Assembly: GCF_963921235.1 (NCBI RefSeq)
Contig: NC_086104.1
Span: 134,230,001-134,294,000 of the forward strand
Source: Mobula hypostoma
Taxonomy: Eukaryota
Length of the DNA stretch: 64,000 nt
Direction: 5' to 3'
In this document: positions 46,488 to 59,556 of the stretch, piece by piece
Layout of the letters: every line of letters begins with the position of its first letter
Position numbering within the stretch: position 1 is the first letter of the stretch
Translations under genes and position numbers: made by a program
Notes under the pieces: generated by a model
The model's database searches: none
Seen by the model: only the letters and a program-made list of their open reading frames with translations
Told to the model about the DNA's origin: nothing

Positions 46488-49400
46488 ATTGGAGCAAATG
46501 TGAGTTGGGAGTTGGATGATTGGGTAGTTATTATTCAACAACAAAGCAGAGAACATCTAAAGGCAAGTAAAATCTATACGGAAAAATGTTAAATGTGAGG
46601 GCAAATTAGCTGGTAATACACGAAGAATACTAATTGTTCCCTGGTTATATAAAGAATAAATGGATGGTGAGACTTCATATTGGGCTACTAGAAAATGATT
46701 CTTTTGAGGTAGTAATACGTGACAGATAGATGACAGACGAACTGAATAAGTATCTCGTTTCAGTTTTTTTCTGTGGAAGACACTAGCTGCGTGCCAGAGG
46801 TTCGTGTGTGTTGTGGTTGGGAGGTGGGTGGGCTGGAGTAAGTGTCATTGCTACTACAAAAGAAAAAAAAAGTGCTTGGCAGCCTGAAAGGTATTAAGGA
46901 GGCTACGTGACCGGGACCAGCTGGACTACATCCTACTGACCAGAAAACGTTAGCTGAATAACAACAGATACATTGGTGATGATATTTCGTGAATCACTTG
47001 ATTCTAGCATGGTACTGGAAGACGTTAAAATTGCAAATGCCACTCTACTCATTAAGTAGGCAGGAGACAAAATAAATAAATTGTAGATCAGCTAGCTTAA
47101 CCTCAGTGGTTGGTAAAGTGTTAGAGTCCATTATTGGGGACGAGTTTTCCCGATGCTCTGGCGACTAATGATCAAATAAATCAATGTCAGCATGGTTTCT
47201 GTGAAGAGAAATCTTGCCTGTCTAATCTGTTTGGAGTTCTGCAAAGAAGTAACGAGCAGTGTGGACAATGGAGACGCAGTGGATTTCATTTACTTGGATT
47301 TTCCAGAAAGCATTTGGTAAGGTGCCTCTCATGAGGCTGTTTAACAAGCTTACATCCTATGGTGTTGCAGGAAATTTACTGGCAAGCATAGAGTAAAGGC
47401 TGCCATGCAGGAAGAGGCGAATGGAAATAAATGGGGTCTTTTCTGAATGGGTCCTCAGAGGTCAGTATTGGGACCCGTAATTTTTGCACTAACTCTCTAT
47501 GTTCTAGATAGTGGAATTAATGGCTGTGTCGCAAAGTTTGCAGATGACATTATGGTAGTTAGAAGGGTAGGTGCTACTGAGGAAACAATGGATTGCAGCA
47601 GGACTTAGACAAATTGGAAGGCAGGGAAAAATGGGATAGACAGAATACAGAGTTGGGAAATATAAGATAATGCATTTTGGTAAAAGGATTAATACTGCAG
47701 ACTATTATTTGAGGTTAAATAAAATTCAAACACCAGAGATGTAAAGGGAATTTGGAGCCCTCGTAAAGGACTGCCAGCAATTCACAGTGTCATCGCGGGA
47801 CCGTTGCAGCAGAAGGAGGAGCGAGGCGCTCAAGAGAGCGCTGAATGCTGGGAAGCAGCTGAGGAGCTGAGGTGAGTGTGATTTAAAAGGAGCGGGGAGC
47901 GGGGACTCGGGACAGTGCGATCGCGGTACAGTTGCAGCAGGAAGAGGACCGTGGGCTCGGCAGAGCGTTGAGTAATGGGAAGCAGCTGAGGTGAGTGTGC
48001 TTTAAAAGGAGCGTGGAGCGCAACTGAAGGGTTAAAAAGAGTGTTGATTAGTTGATTATAGGGAATGAGTACTTGAGATAATTGGCAGGAACAAATGAAA
48101 TAAGGGGTAACTGTAGATGAGTGGCAGTGAGGAGCGGCCAGTTTGTGAGTGGCTCAGGGTAGGAGTGGAGCTTTGAGGCTTTGGCTGGAGAAATTACGGC
48201 GAGCAGAGGCTGCGGACGAGCTTGCTCCCAGTGAGGTAAGGCCAGATAAGTTCCCTAAACTAATTTAATTAAGTTAGGGGTAGGTAATGTAGGCAGCTGT
48301 TAGGGCAGTCGAGTGCTCTGTATGCAGTATGTGGGAAATCAGGGACAACACAATTGCCCCAATGACTACACCTGTAAAAGGTGCATCTAGCTGCAGCTCC
48401 TGACAAACCGAGTTTGGAACTTGGATCTGGAGCTGGATGAACTTCGAATCATTCGTAAGGCAGAGGCAGACATAGACAGGAGTTTCAGGGATATAGCCAC
48501 CCCTAAAATTCAGGAGGCAGGTAGCTGGGTGACTGTCAGAAGAGGGAAGGAGAATAGACAGAAAGAGCTGAGCACCCCTGTGGCCGTCCCAACAACAATA
48601 AGTATACCGTTTTGGATATTGTTGGTGGGGACGACCTACCAGGGACACGTTGCTGTGGCCGCGTCTCTGGCACCGAGAATGGACTCACAGCTCAGAATGG
48701 AAGGAGGGAAAAGATGAGAGTAGTAGTGATAGGGGATTCGATAGTTATGGGTAGAGATAAGAGGTTCTGCGGGAGAGATTGAGAGTTTCGGATGGGTGTT
48801 GCCTCCCTGGTGCTAGGGTCCGGTGTATCACGGATCGAGTTCTCGGTATTCTCAGGAGGGAGAGTGTACAGCCAATTATCGTGGTCCTTGTAGGGACCAA
48901 TGCCGTCGATAGGAAGGAAAAGGAGGTCCTGCAAAGAGAGTTTTGGGAGTTAGGTGAAATTTGTAGGATAGGACCTCCAAGGTTGCATTCTCAGGATTGC
49001 TACCCGTGCCACGTGCTAGTGAGGCGAGAAATAATGCAGCTAAATACGTGCCTAGGAAGATGGTGCAGGAGGGAGGGCTTCATGTTTCTGTACAAATGGG
49101 CATTGTGCCAGGGAAGGTGAGAACTGTTCCGACGGGATGGTTTTCACCTGAGCTGGAGGGGTACTAACATCTTTGCGGGTAGGTTTGTTAGTGCTGCTCC
49201 AGGGGGTTTCAGGGGGGTGGGAACCAGAGTGTTAGAGCAGATAGAAGGGTAGAGGAGAATAAAGGTCATGCGAGGACTGCATGTACAGACAAAAATCAAA
49301 GGTTTATACGTGATAGAAATGCTCTCAGGTGCATGTATTTCAATGCAAAGAATATTGTAGGTAAGGCAGATGAGCTTAGGGCGTGGATTGGCAAGTGGGA

Positions 49401-51166
49401 TTACATTATTGCTACTAGTGAGACTTGGTTGCAAGAGGGGCAGGACTGGCAGCTTAATGTTCCGGGGATCTGTTGTTTCAGACCTGACAGAGGGGGAGGG
49501 ATGAAAGGGGGAGGAGAGTGGCATTACTGACCAGGGGAAATATCACAGCTGTGTGTAGGCAGGGCAGTCCGGAGGGCTTGTCTTCAGATGCCACATGGGT
49601 GGAGCTGAGGAAAGTGCAAGTTGTGACCATACTAATAGGGTTGTATTATAGACCACCCAATAGTCAGAGAGAATTGGAGGAGCAATTCTGTAGAGAGATA
49701 GCAGACCGATGTAAGAAACAGAAAGTTGTAATGGTAGGGGATTTTAACATTCCACAGATTGACTGGGACTGGGACTCCCACACTGTGAAAGGGTTAGATG
49801 GCTTAGACTTTGTTAAATGTGTTCAGGAAAGTTTTCTAATTCAACATATAGAGGTACAAACAAGAGAGGATGCAATACTTGATCTCCGATTAGGGGAACC
49901 AGACAGATCAGGTGACAGACGTATGTGTAGGCGAACATTTTGGGTCCAGTGACCATGATGTCATTAGTTTCAAGTTATTTATGTATAAGGATAAGTGTGG
50001 TCCTCGAGTTGAGGTTCAAAGTTGGATAGGGGCCAATTGTGTGGAAATGAGAAAAGATCCAGGAAGAGTGGATTGGGATAAGTTATTTTTTGCCAAGGAT
50101 GTGTTCACTAAGTGGAAGGCCTTCAAAGGCGAAATTTTGAGAGTGCAGACTTTGCACGTTCCTGCCAAGATTAAAGACAAAGTCAACAGGCAGAGGGAGC
50201 CTTGTTGTTCAAAGGATATTAGCTATATGGTTATGAAAAAGAGAGATGTTTATATCAGGAATGTCAACAAGGACCAAATGAGATACTTGTATAGAAATAG
50301 TAAGAAAATACTAAAGAAGGAAATCAGGAAGGCAAAAAGATGACATGAGGTTGCTTTTGCAGATACTGTGAAAGTAAACCAGAAGAGTTTCTGCATGTAT
50401 ATTAAGAATAAAAGGATAGTAAGAGTCAAAATTAGTCCCCTAGAATATCAGAGCGGTTGTCTATTTGTGGAGCCTCACGAGATGGGGAGAACATAAACAG
50501 TTCTTTTTTTTTTGCATTAGTATTTACTCAGGAAGCTGGTATAGCGTATATGGACGGAAGGGAAATAAGCAGTAGTGTCATGGATCTTATAGAGATTAAA
50601 GAGGAGGATGTGCTTGCTGCCATACAGCAAATAAAGGTAGATAAATCTCCCGGCTCTGACATGATATTTCCTCGGACCTTGAGAGAGACCAGTGTAGAAA
50701 TTGCAGGGGCCCTGGCAGAAACATTTAAAATGTCCTTTGCCACGGGTGCCGTGCTCGAGGATTGGAGGGTAGCTCATGTTGTTCCGTTGTTTAAAACAGG
50801 CTCCAAAAGTAAACCAGGTAATTACAGGCCGGTGAGCCTGACATCAGTAGTCGGTAAATTATTGGAAGGTGTTATGAGAGATCGGATATACACGTATTTG
50901 GACAACTAAGGGCTGATTCAGGATAGTCAGCATGGCTCTGTGCGTGGTAGATCGTGTTTAATGAATCTTGTAGAATTCTTCGAGGAGGTTACCAAGAAAG
51001 TAGATGAAGGAACGGCTGTGGATGTTATCTACATGTACTTTAGTAAGGCCTTTGACAAGGTCCCACATGGGAGTTTAGTTCAGAAGGTTCAGACACCAGG
51101 TACGCATGGAGAGGTTTTAAACTGGATTCGAAATTGGCTGTGTGAGAGAGGACAGAGAGTGGTAGT

Positions 51167-54100
51167 TGTTATCTGATCGGCAACAATGACTATAGAATTG
51201 AGTCAGGTTTTATAAACAAACATAAACATTTATTAAACTCTGCTCAACAGTATTGAAAAGGAAACAAACGACTAACTGAACCGGAAGTTAACTGCTATAC
51301 GACAATTTAACAAACAGCCGAACTCTGGAACAGTTGTTAAAGTGATAAATTTGAACACGGTCTTAAAGTGGAAAATTCGGAGGTCCAAGTGTTTTACACA
51401 GTCAGTAAGAAGGGACGTCCCCTGAAAACTGATTTATTTGAAGACGTGAAGTTACTGCTGATCCCAGCCGAGAGGAGCCTTGCCCAAAGGATTCGCCACG
51501 AAGGAAATAAAACGATTTAAAGGAACTGACCTTTTGCTGGAGGGAGAACACTGTACAAACCTTCCTGATCTTGCAAGGGCTATCTCAGATGCAGGCCACT
51601 ATTCCTGAACGAAGATTCAATAAGGTCGATCCTTTATAAAACCGTCGAACGACATAAACTTTACTCAATCCTTCGGGTTCGGGAACTTTGGTATGATCTT
51701 CACCCACCAATACTAGACTGTGACAAACAGGAACTGACAGCAGTTGGCGAAACTGCTGAAAGCAACCTTTCCGCCTTAAAATACAAAGTAAAACTCCGCA
51801 TTAAAACAAAACTGCGTCATGAGACGAATATGCAGCAAAAACAACTGACGCACTAACTGATGAACTAACTGCGTGGCAACAGGGGTGTCCCCTTATATAC
51901 CTGTTGGAACATGCCATCACGTGACTTCACACTGCCGGGAAAATTACATCATGTGACCTCATACAGGCGGGAAAATTACATCACCCCATTATCACAAGAC
52001 AATTACATCATGGTCATAAGAGTCAGAAGATACGCACGAGGCATGTAACACCTCCTTGCAAAAAGAAAGAAAAATTTTGTTCTGTTATGAGCAAAATTTT
52101 AACAACTATTTACAAAAAAAAGTATGAAATCTACAATATACACAATATACACAGTATTATCATAGGGCACCGCACAAACTGATATACTGTAGGAGTGTTA
52201 CAAATGTTAAAATACCACTCCATCAAAAAATTACATGGTACATTCAACATCTAAATAGACAGTCAGCAATCACATTATCTTTACCTTCAATGTATGTTAT
52301 CAAATTATTATACTCCTGTAGCGTCAAACTCCAATTCAGTAACCTATTTTTGTTTTTCATTTTACTCAACAGTACTAACGGATTATGATCGGTGTAAACT
52401 ATGAGTGGTTCCTGAGTTGTACCACATGCACATAAAAATATTGTTAAGCCAAAACAAGAGAAAATAATTCCTCTTCTATCGTTGAATAATATCGTTGATG
52501 TTCATTAAACTTACCATCATCACCCCTTTGGAGTAACACTTCTCCTGCAACCTCATCACTAGCATCTTCAGCTAATGAAAATGGTTCTTCAAAGTCAGGT
52601 GATTTGAGCACAAGGCTGTCACATAGGATAGCTTTCAATTTATTAAATCTCTCCTGACACCACTCTGTCCAAACAAACGTTTCATTTTTCTTCAAGAGGT
52701 TAGTTAATTGAAGGGCAAAGTCAGCAAAATTGTTAATAAATATTCGGTAATATCCTGCCATTCCCAAAAATCTTCTGAGAGTCCTTGCAGCAGTTGGAGT
52801 TGGTACGTCTAAAATTGCCTGCACTTTTGCCTGAATCGGAGCTAACTTACCTATATTTCTAAAGTAACTGCTTCATCTGGTGCCTCTGCTCTGGCTGTAA
52901 ATGAGTTAATTTCTCATCAATATTTTCCAGAATTGTTCAGTTTGGTAATCTGGCAGAAATATGTTGGGTTTAAAATATGTTTCAGATGAATCATCCAATA
53001 AGTTCCCAGTGAGATCAGACTCACTATTATTGAACACAACAGTCATTGTACCGGCCTTCTTCGATCCGGTGTTTTTATCACGTAATTCACATCATTAACT
53101 TTAGATATAATCTCATAAGGACCATGGAATTTAGCTTGTAAAGGGCTCGTTTGCACCGGGTAAAGAAACAACACTTTATCTCCAGGCTTAAATGACCTCA
53201 TTGTTGCTTCATTACCAAGTTTTCATTTTCTCTTGACGCAATTTTAAATTTTCCCTGGCTAAGCTACAACCTTTATGCAATCTTTCCTTAAATTTTAAAA
53301 CATAATCCAGCAAATTAGTATGCAACTCTTTATTAACCCACTGTTCTTTTAACAAGGCCAAAGGTCCTCTAACTCTATGCACAAACACAAGTTCAAAAGG
53401 ACTAAAACCTAAGGACTCCTGCACTGGCTCCCGTACTGCAAATAAAAGTAAATGTACGCCCACGTCCAAATCCTTTTCGTTTTGCACACAATACGTCCTA
53501 ATCATAGTTTTGAGGGTAGAATGTTACCTCTCCAAGGCTTCTTGCGATTCTAGATGTTATGCAGACGAGGTCAGCTGCTTGGCTCCCAGTTTAAAAACAA
53601 TCTGCTGGAACATTCCAGACATAAAAATACTACCCTGATGAGATTGTATTTCCTCAGGCAAGCCAAAATAAGTAAATAAGTTTGTCAGAGGTTTTATTAC
53701 AGTTTTAACCGTTTTATTCCTGTGTGCTACTGCCTCTGGAAATCTACACGCTGTTCACATGATGGTCAGCAAATATTGACGGCCAGTTTTAGTTTTTGGC
53801 AATGGGCCTACAATAATTTTGGAAAACGTTCACCAAATGCTGGAGTAGGTTGCAGTAGGGCCACTGGAGTAACTTGATTAGGTTTACCCACAATCTGACA
53901 AATATGACAAGTTTGGCAAAATGTAGCCACATCTTTTCTTAAAGCAGGCCAGTAAAAATGTTGGAAAAACCTTGTTCGCAGTTTTCTTCACACCTTGATG
54001 ACCACCCAAGTGCAGGCAATGAGCCAAAATGAAAATCTATTTCCGATGAACTTTAGAAACTAGTACCTGGTGAATAACCTACCATTCCTCACTTGCAGGA

Positions 54101-57100
54101 ATTGTACGTGATCTCCACTTCCTCATTAATACTCCCTTCTCAAAATAATATGCTACTGGCACCTTCTTATTTTCACTATCTGGGAGAGCTTGCTCTTTTA
54201 ACTTGAATATCCCCGGGTCTCTACTCTGCTCTGCTATTATCTCCTTCCGAGACAGAGACAAATCTTCATGGTCAGACCTACTACAAGAATCTTGATCAAA
54301 CTATGAAGGTAAGAAACCTTCTGACATATCCTCAAAATTTGAATACCCAGTTGAGCAGTTATGGGTAGCAGCTTCATCCTGCGCAGACACATTCAACTCT
54401 GCAATCTTGTTGTCCATATCGCGGGTTACAATACAGGAGGAGTCCATCTTTGGTCGATTAGAGATGGGCCTAATCGTCAAATGCAGTTCAGGAAAACGTG
54501 TTCATCTGCAAAGTCATTCCCTAACGATAGAGAAACATTATTCACGGTTAAACTGAGTTGTAGTTCTACTTTAACAGGTCCTGTAACTAACCCTGACCTT
54601 AAATTTACTCTATACAAATGGACAGGCATAAGGGCACTCCCAACAGCTCGTATACAGTTTATCTCACTAATGTCAGTCTAATCGCTAAACATTAGAGCAC
54701 TGTCTAATATAAGTGACTTAGAATCTCCAGTATCCCTAAGGATTTTTACTGGAGTGGACTCCTCTTTCAAGGATACATATCATTCGGTAATAATGATCAT
54801 ATCCCCTCTTAACTTGGTCATACCCTAACAGAGATTCTTTCGTATTCATCCAACCCTGTGGATTTACAGGCCTCTCAATATGTTCCACACAGGCATCTCG
54901 GACTGCTTCCTTCTCCTTCTTCTTCAGTCGGAAACAGTTACCTATCAAGTGACCAGATTTCTTACAATAGTTGCAATTAGGACCAGAATGTCTTTCCTTT
55001 ACATGTCTCTCTTTATCCTTACCTTTCTCTCTAACTGCTGATTTACCTTGACTATCCATGCTATTTTTCTTTTTAAAAGATCTACCCGGAGGAAATTTAT
55101 TCTTATGGGTTAAAGCATACTCATCTGCTAATTTAGCAGACTCCTGCAATGTAGCACAGTCTCTCTCATTTACGTATATTCTTACGTCAACAGGGATGCA
55201 CCTTTTAAATTCCTCCATTAAAATCAACTCTTTTAAGTTATCATACTCCCCATTCACATTTTTAGTGGAAACTTGTCGCTCAAAACACACAGATTTATCA
55301 TAAGTAAACTATACGTAAGTTTTTTCTTCCCACGGAGTTCTTCAAATTTCTGAATCTTTCTCTGTAAGCTTTCAGAACCTGTTTATACGCTTTCAGTATA
55401 GGCTGCTTCACAATATCATAATCAAGTGCTTGCTCAGCAGTTAAAGCTGTATAACCTTGTTGTGCTTTACGTCCAATTACACTTTGTAACAGCACTGGTC
55501 ATTTAACTTGAGGCCACTCTGAAATCAGAGCAAAATTTTCAAAATGCTGGAAATATTTATCTACTTCTGCCTCATCAAATGGAAGAACTAATTTAGTTTT
55601 CTGCCTAACAGTAAACAGTTTCCTGGAACCAGACGCCTCATTCTCGGACTTCAATTTCTCCATCGTTAGAAACCATAGAAAAACTACAGCACAGAAATAG
55701 ACCTTTTGGCCCCTCTTGGCTGTGCCGAATCATTTTCTGCCTAGACCCACTGACCTGCACACAGACCATATCCCTCCATACACCCCCCATCGATGTATCT
55801 CTCCAATTTGTTGTTAATTGTTAAAAAAAGAACCTACATTTACCACCTCGTCTGGCAGCTCATTCCATACTCCCACCACACTCTGTGTGAAGAACCCCCC
55901 CCCCCATGTTCCCTTTAAACTTTCCCCCCCTCACCCTTAACCTATGTCCTCTGTTTTTTTTTCTCCCCTGGCCTCTGTGGAAAAAGCCTGCTTGCATTCA
56001 CTCTATCTATACCCATCATAATTTTATATACCTCCATCAAATCTCCCCTCATTCTTCTACGCTCCAGGGAATAAAGTCCTAACCTATTCAACCTTTCTCT
56101 GTAAGTGAGTTTTTCAACTCCCGGCAACATCCTTGTAGACCTTCTCTGCACTCGTTCAACCTTATTTATATCTTTCCTGTAGTTTAGTGACCAAAGCTGA
56201 ACAAAATACTCCAGATTCGGCCTCACCAATGCCTTATACAACCTTATCATAACATTCCAGCTCTTATACTCAATACTTTGATTAATAAAGGCCAATGTAC
56301 CCAAAGCTCTCTTTACGACCCTATCTACCTGTGACGCCACTTTAGGGAATTTTGTATCTGTATTCCCAGATCCCTCTATTCTACTGCGCTCCTCAGTGCC
56401 TTACTATTAACCCGATATGTTCTACCTTGGTTTGTCCTTTCAAAGTGCAATACCTCACACTTGTCTGTATTAAACTCCATCTGCCATTTCTCAGCCCATT
56501 TTTCTGGCTGGTCCAAGTCCCTCTGCAGGGTCTGAAAAACTTCCTCGCTGTCTACTATACCTCCAATCTTTGGATCATCAGCAAATTTGCTGATCCAATT
56601 TACCACATTATCATCCAGATCATTGATATAGATGACAAATAACAATGGATTACCCAGCACTGATTCCTGTGGCACACCACTAGTCACAGGCCTCCACTCG
56701 GAGAAGCAATTCTCTACCACCACTCTTTGGCTTCTTCCATTGAGCCAATGTCCAATCCAATTTACCACCTCTCCATGTATACCTAGCGACTCAATTTTCC
56801 TAACTAACCTCCCATGCGGGACCTTGTCAAAGGCCTGACTGAAGTCCATGTAGACAATATCCACTGCCTTCCCTTCATCCACTTTCCTGGTAACCTCCTC
56901 GAAAAACTCAAAATTCCTTCTGTGTATCTGCTTCTCTAGCCGCCACCTCCGTTTTAAATTGTTCTAACTTTATTTGTTCGACATGTATCTGCATCTCCAG
57001 TTTATTCATGGGAATAACATCTAACACATCTTCATTAAAATAACCAGATTTATATATTCATCTGCTATTTTCCTCTGAATTACGAGCTTTGTTGTAACCT

Positions 57101-57278
57101 TCGATATCTCTTTAAGGTCCAACCTTTTAGCAATCTAGGATACAGTACCCTTTTTCGTCTTCGCTAATACCTCCGGGTCTGGCGCTGCCAGAAAGTTGTC
57201 AATATTCATTGTTGCCGAATACCACCAACGGACAAATCAAACAAAATAATCGGGTATTTCCCTTTTTCAAATCAGATC
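51167..57278 (-). mobile_element. Gmr1-like Gypsy LTR retrotransposon (3' LTR 51167-52050; gag-PR-IN-RT/RH; 5' LTR lost)
   Basis: LTR TGTT...AACA; gag LKELILMEEFKRCIP...LADEY with knuckle CNYCKKSGHLIGNC; protease ILRDTG (~54730); integrase HLGGHQG...CQTCHICQ, LLFAVREPVQESLGFSPFEL, FHGPY; then LRRFLGMAGYYR...YSTIEEE. Confidence 0.93.
55667..56910 (-). mobile_element. CR1 LINE 3' fragment inserted in the Gypsy gag
   Basis: ORFs 56376..56882 and 55942..56340; tail at 55667 (tagaaaccatagaa). Confidence 0.95.
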
Positions 57279-57500
57279 CTGGCATTCATAAATCAAAGTA
57301 CTGAGTATAGGCGTTGGGATGTTATGGTGAGGTTGAATAAGACATTGGCGTGGCCAAATATGGAGTACGGTGTGCAGTTCTGGTCACCTATATATAGGAA
57401 AGTTAGCAGTAAGATTGAAAGAGTGCGGAGAAGATTTATTAGGATCCTGCGGGGTCTACAGGAGTTGAGTTACAGGGAAAGATTGAGCAGGTTAGAACTT

Positions 57501-57791
57501 AATGTACTGGATGGGTGCAGGAGTACATTCAGCCAGAGACTCATTCCACCGAGATGCAACACAGAGCGTCATAGGAAGTCATTCCTACCTGTGGCCATCA
57601 AACTTTACAACTCCTCCCTTGGAGGGTCAGACACCCTGAGATAATAGGCTGGTCCTGGACTTATTTCCTGGCTTAATTTACACATTGCTATTTAACTATT
57701 TAGAGTTTTATTACTATTTATTATTTATGGTGCAACTGTAACGAAAACCAGTCCCCCCCGGGATCAATAAAATATGACTATGACTATGACT
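57501..57791 (+). mobile_element. Rex1-like 3' end inserted in CR1
   Basis: RSTFSQRLIPPRCNTERHRKSFLPVAIKLYNSS; AATAAA and an (atgact)n tail. Confidence 0.8.
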
Positions 57792-59138
57792 CTTCCATGA
57801 ATCGTAGTATAACGAGGGCTGAATTGATAGAGGTTTACAAAATTATGAGGGGTATCAACAGAGTAAATGCGAGTAGGCTTTTTGCACTTAGATTAGGAAA
57901 GATAAATACGACAGGACAAGGCTTTAGGGTTAAAGGGGAAAGGTTTAGGGGGAACATTACGGGTAACTTCTTCATTCAGAGTAGTGGGAGTGTCGAAGGA
58001 ACTGCCATCTGACGTGGTAAATGCGTGCTCACTCTTAAGTTTTAAGAATAAATTGGATAGATACTTGGATGGGAGAGGGCTGGAGGATTGTGGACTGGGT
58101 ACAGGTTATTGGGGCTAACAGAATAAAGTTTAGACATAGACCAGAAAAGCCAAATGGTCTGTTTTCTGTGCTGTAGTGTTCTACGGTTCTATGGTTCTAG
58201 ACTGAGTCTTGGGAAAGAAGACAAATGCAAGGTTGTCATTTTATTTCAAGGGGAATAGAATATAGAACATGAATATAATGCTGAAGGTTTAGCAGGCGCC
58301 AGTCAGGCTGCAATTGCATTACTGACAACGGTTCTGGACTCCTTGTCACAGAAAGGATGTATTGTATTTGGAGAGAGAGCAGAGGAGGTTCAAAAGGATG
58401 ATTCCTGGCAGGAAGTGGATTAACATACGAGGAACGATTGGTAGCTTTGTGTCTCTACTCACTGGAATCTTGAAGGAAGCGTGCCGATCTTATTGAAACA
58501 TACCTCACACTGAAAGGACTAGAAAATGTGGAAGTAGAGAGGATGAAACTTCCGGTGGGGATATTCAGTACCGCAGTATACAGCCTCAAAATTGAGGGCC
58601 GAATTTTTAGAACAGAGGAAAGGACATTTATTTTATGTTCTTTTATTTTAAAGTTTGGTGACCCTGTGGATTGTTCTGCCAAATAAAACAGAATTTGATA
58701 GATATCTCACTTTTCAGAGAATCGAGGGATATGGAGACGTAACAGGTATATGGGTTGCATGGGATCCAGCGGACTCAATCGCAACATGGCCTAATTCTGC
58801 TCCTCTGTCTTATCCACCTAAGAAAAAAAGCCTAGGATTTTTCATTGCACCGAACCTATGATTGTGCTATAGATCTACCGCCTGGTATTTGTCCTCCACA
58901 CGCTAAGAACCGAAGAGAAGCGTTATGGAGGAGGAAATAAAGGACGATCTCCCCTAGGGATTAATTCTGTCCTCCATCTAGCCAGGCAGCGCAGTCTTCT
59001 CCTTCAAGCATAAGAAGTATGGGGGCCACTGTCATGAATTGATTATGGAGAGACGAATCGAAAGACGTCCGGGATTCGTTATCCCGTTCCGCAATTATAC
59101 ACTGTCGTCGAGATTGCTAAATGGCAATAGCATTCTCG

Positions 59139-59556
59139 TACTACTACTACGTCGACTCAGGCCTAGGAGGCCGGCGTCGGGCACTCTCCACTTCTCCCCT
59201 CTCCCTCATAAGTGTGTTCAGTTCACCTACATTAGCCACGCCGCTGCCTTCTAGGAGCGTGTTGACCATAGTCTTGGGAGGGCGCCCAGGGTTCATCCTC
59301 CCGTGCTTGGGCTCCCATATGATGACTAGACTGGCAGGTAGCTCGGGGTGGCGTAGACAGTTCCCCGCTAGTTGCAGTCGTCTGGTCTCGATTTTAGTGG
59401 AGAGCATCGGTAGATTGTTATAAACCTCAACGTTCGTCATGTGATGTTGCCAACTCAAATCAAGAGCCATCCGGAGCATTCGGGTATAGCAACCATCTAG
59501 AGACTTTCGCGTCGTCTTGGTGAGTGTCCACGTCTCACATCCGTACGTGAGAATGG
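59139..59556 (-). mobile_element. RTE-clade LINE 3' fragment
   Basis: ILTYGCETWTLTK...LDGCYTRMLR...RRLQLAGNCLRH...GRPPKT (ORF 59147..59713); (TAG)n tail. Confidence 0.9.

Larger units (their letters stand above)
47785..58200 (+). mobile_element. Full-length-origin CR1 LINE (5'UTR, ORF1, ORF2), split by a Gypsy (51167-57278) and a Rex1 (57501-57791)
   Basis: ORF1 DLELDELRIIRKAE and VVIGDSIV...LVGTN (SGNH); ORF2 MYFNAKNI...ETWL, GLYYRPP, VGDFN, GSSDH, NYRPVSLTS; 3' part 57279-58200 with ttctatgg tail. Confidence 0.9.
43030..58815 (+). mobile_element. Old CR1 host element in three collinear pieces (~43030-43690, ~46490-47775, ~58200-58815)
   Basis: APE, linker, RT and 3' end continue in order across the younger inserts (ggagccctcgtaaaggact... 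resumes as ...gagtcttgggaaagaagacaaatgcaa). Confidence 0.7.

Noticed and set aside
57324-57644. Apparent novel chimeric ORF
   Set aside because: It is a chance in-frame junction of a CR1 fragment and an inserted Rex1 3' end.
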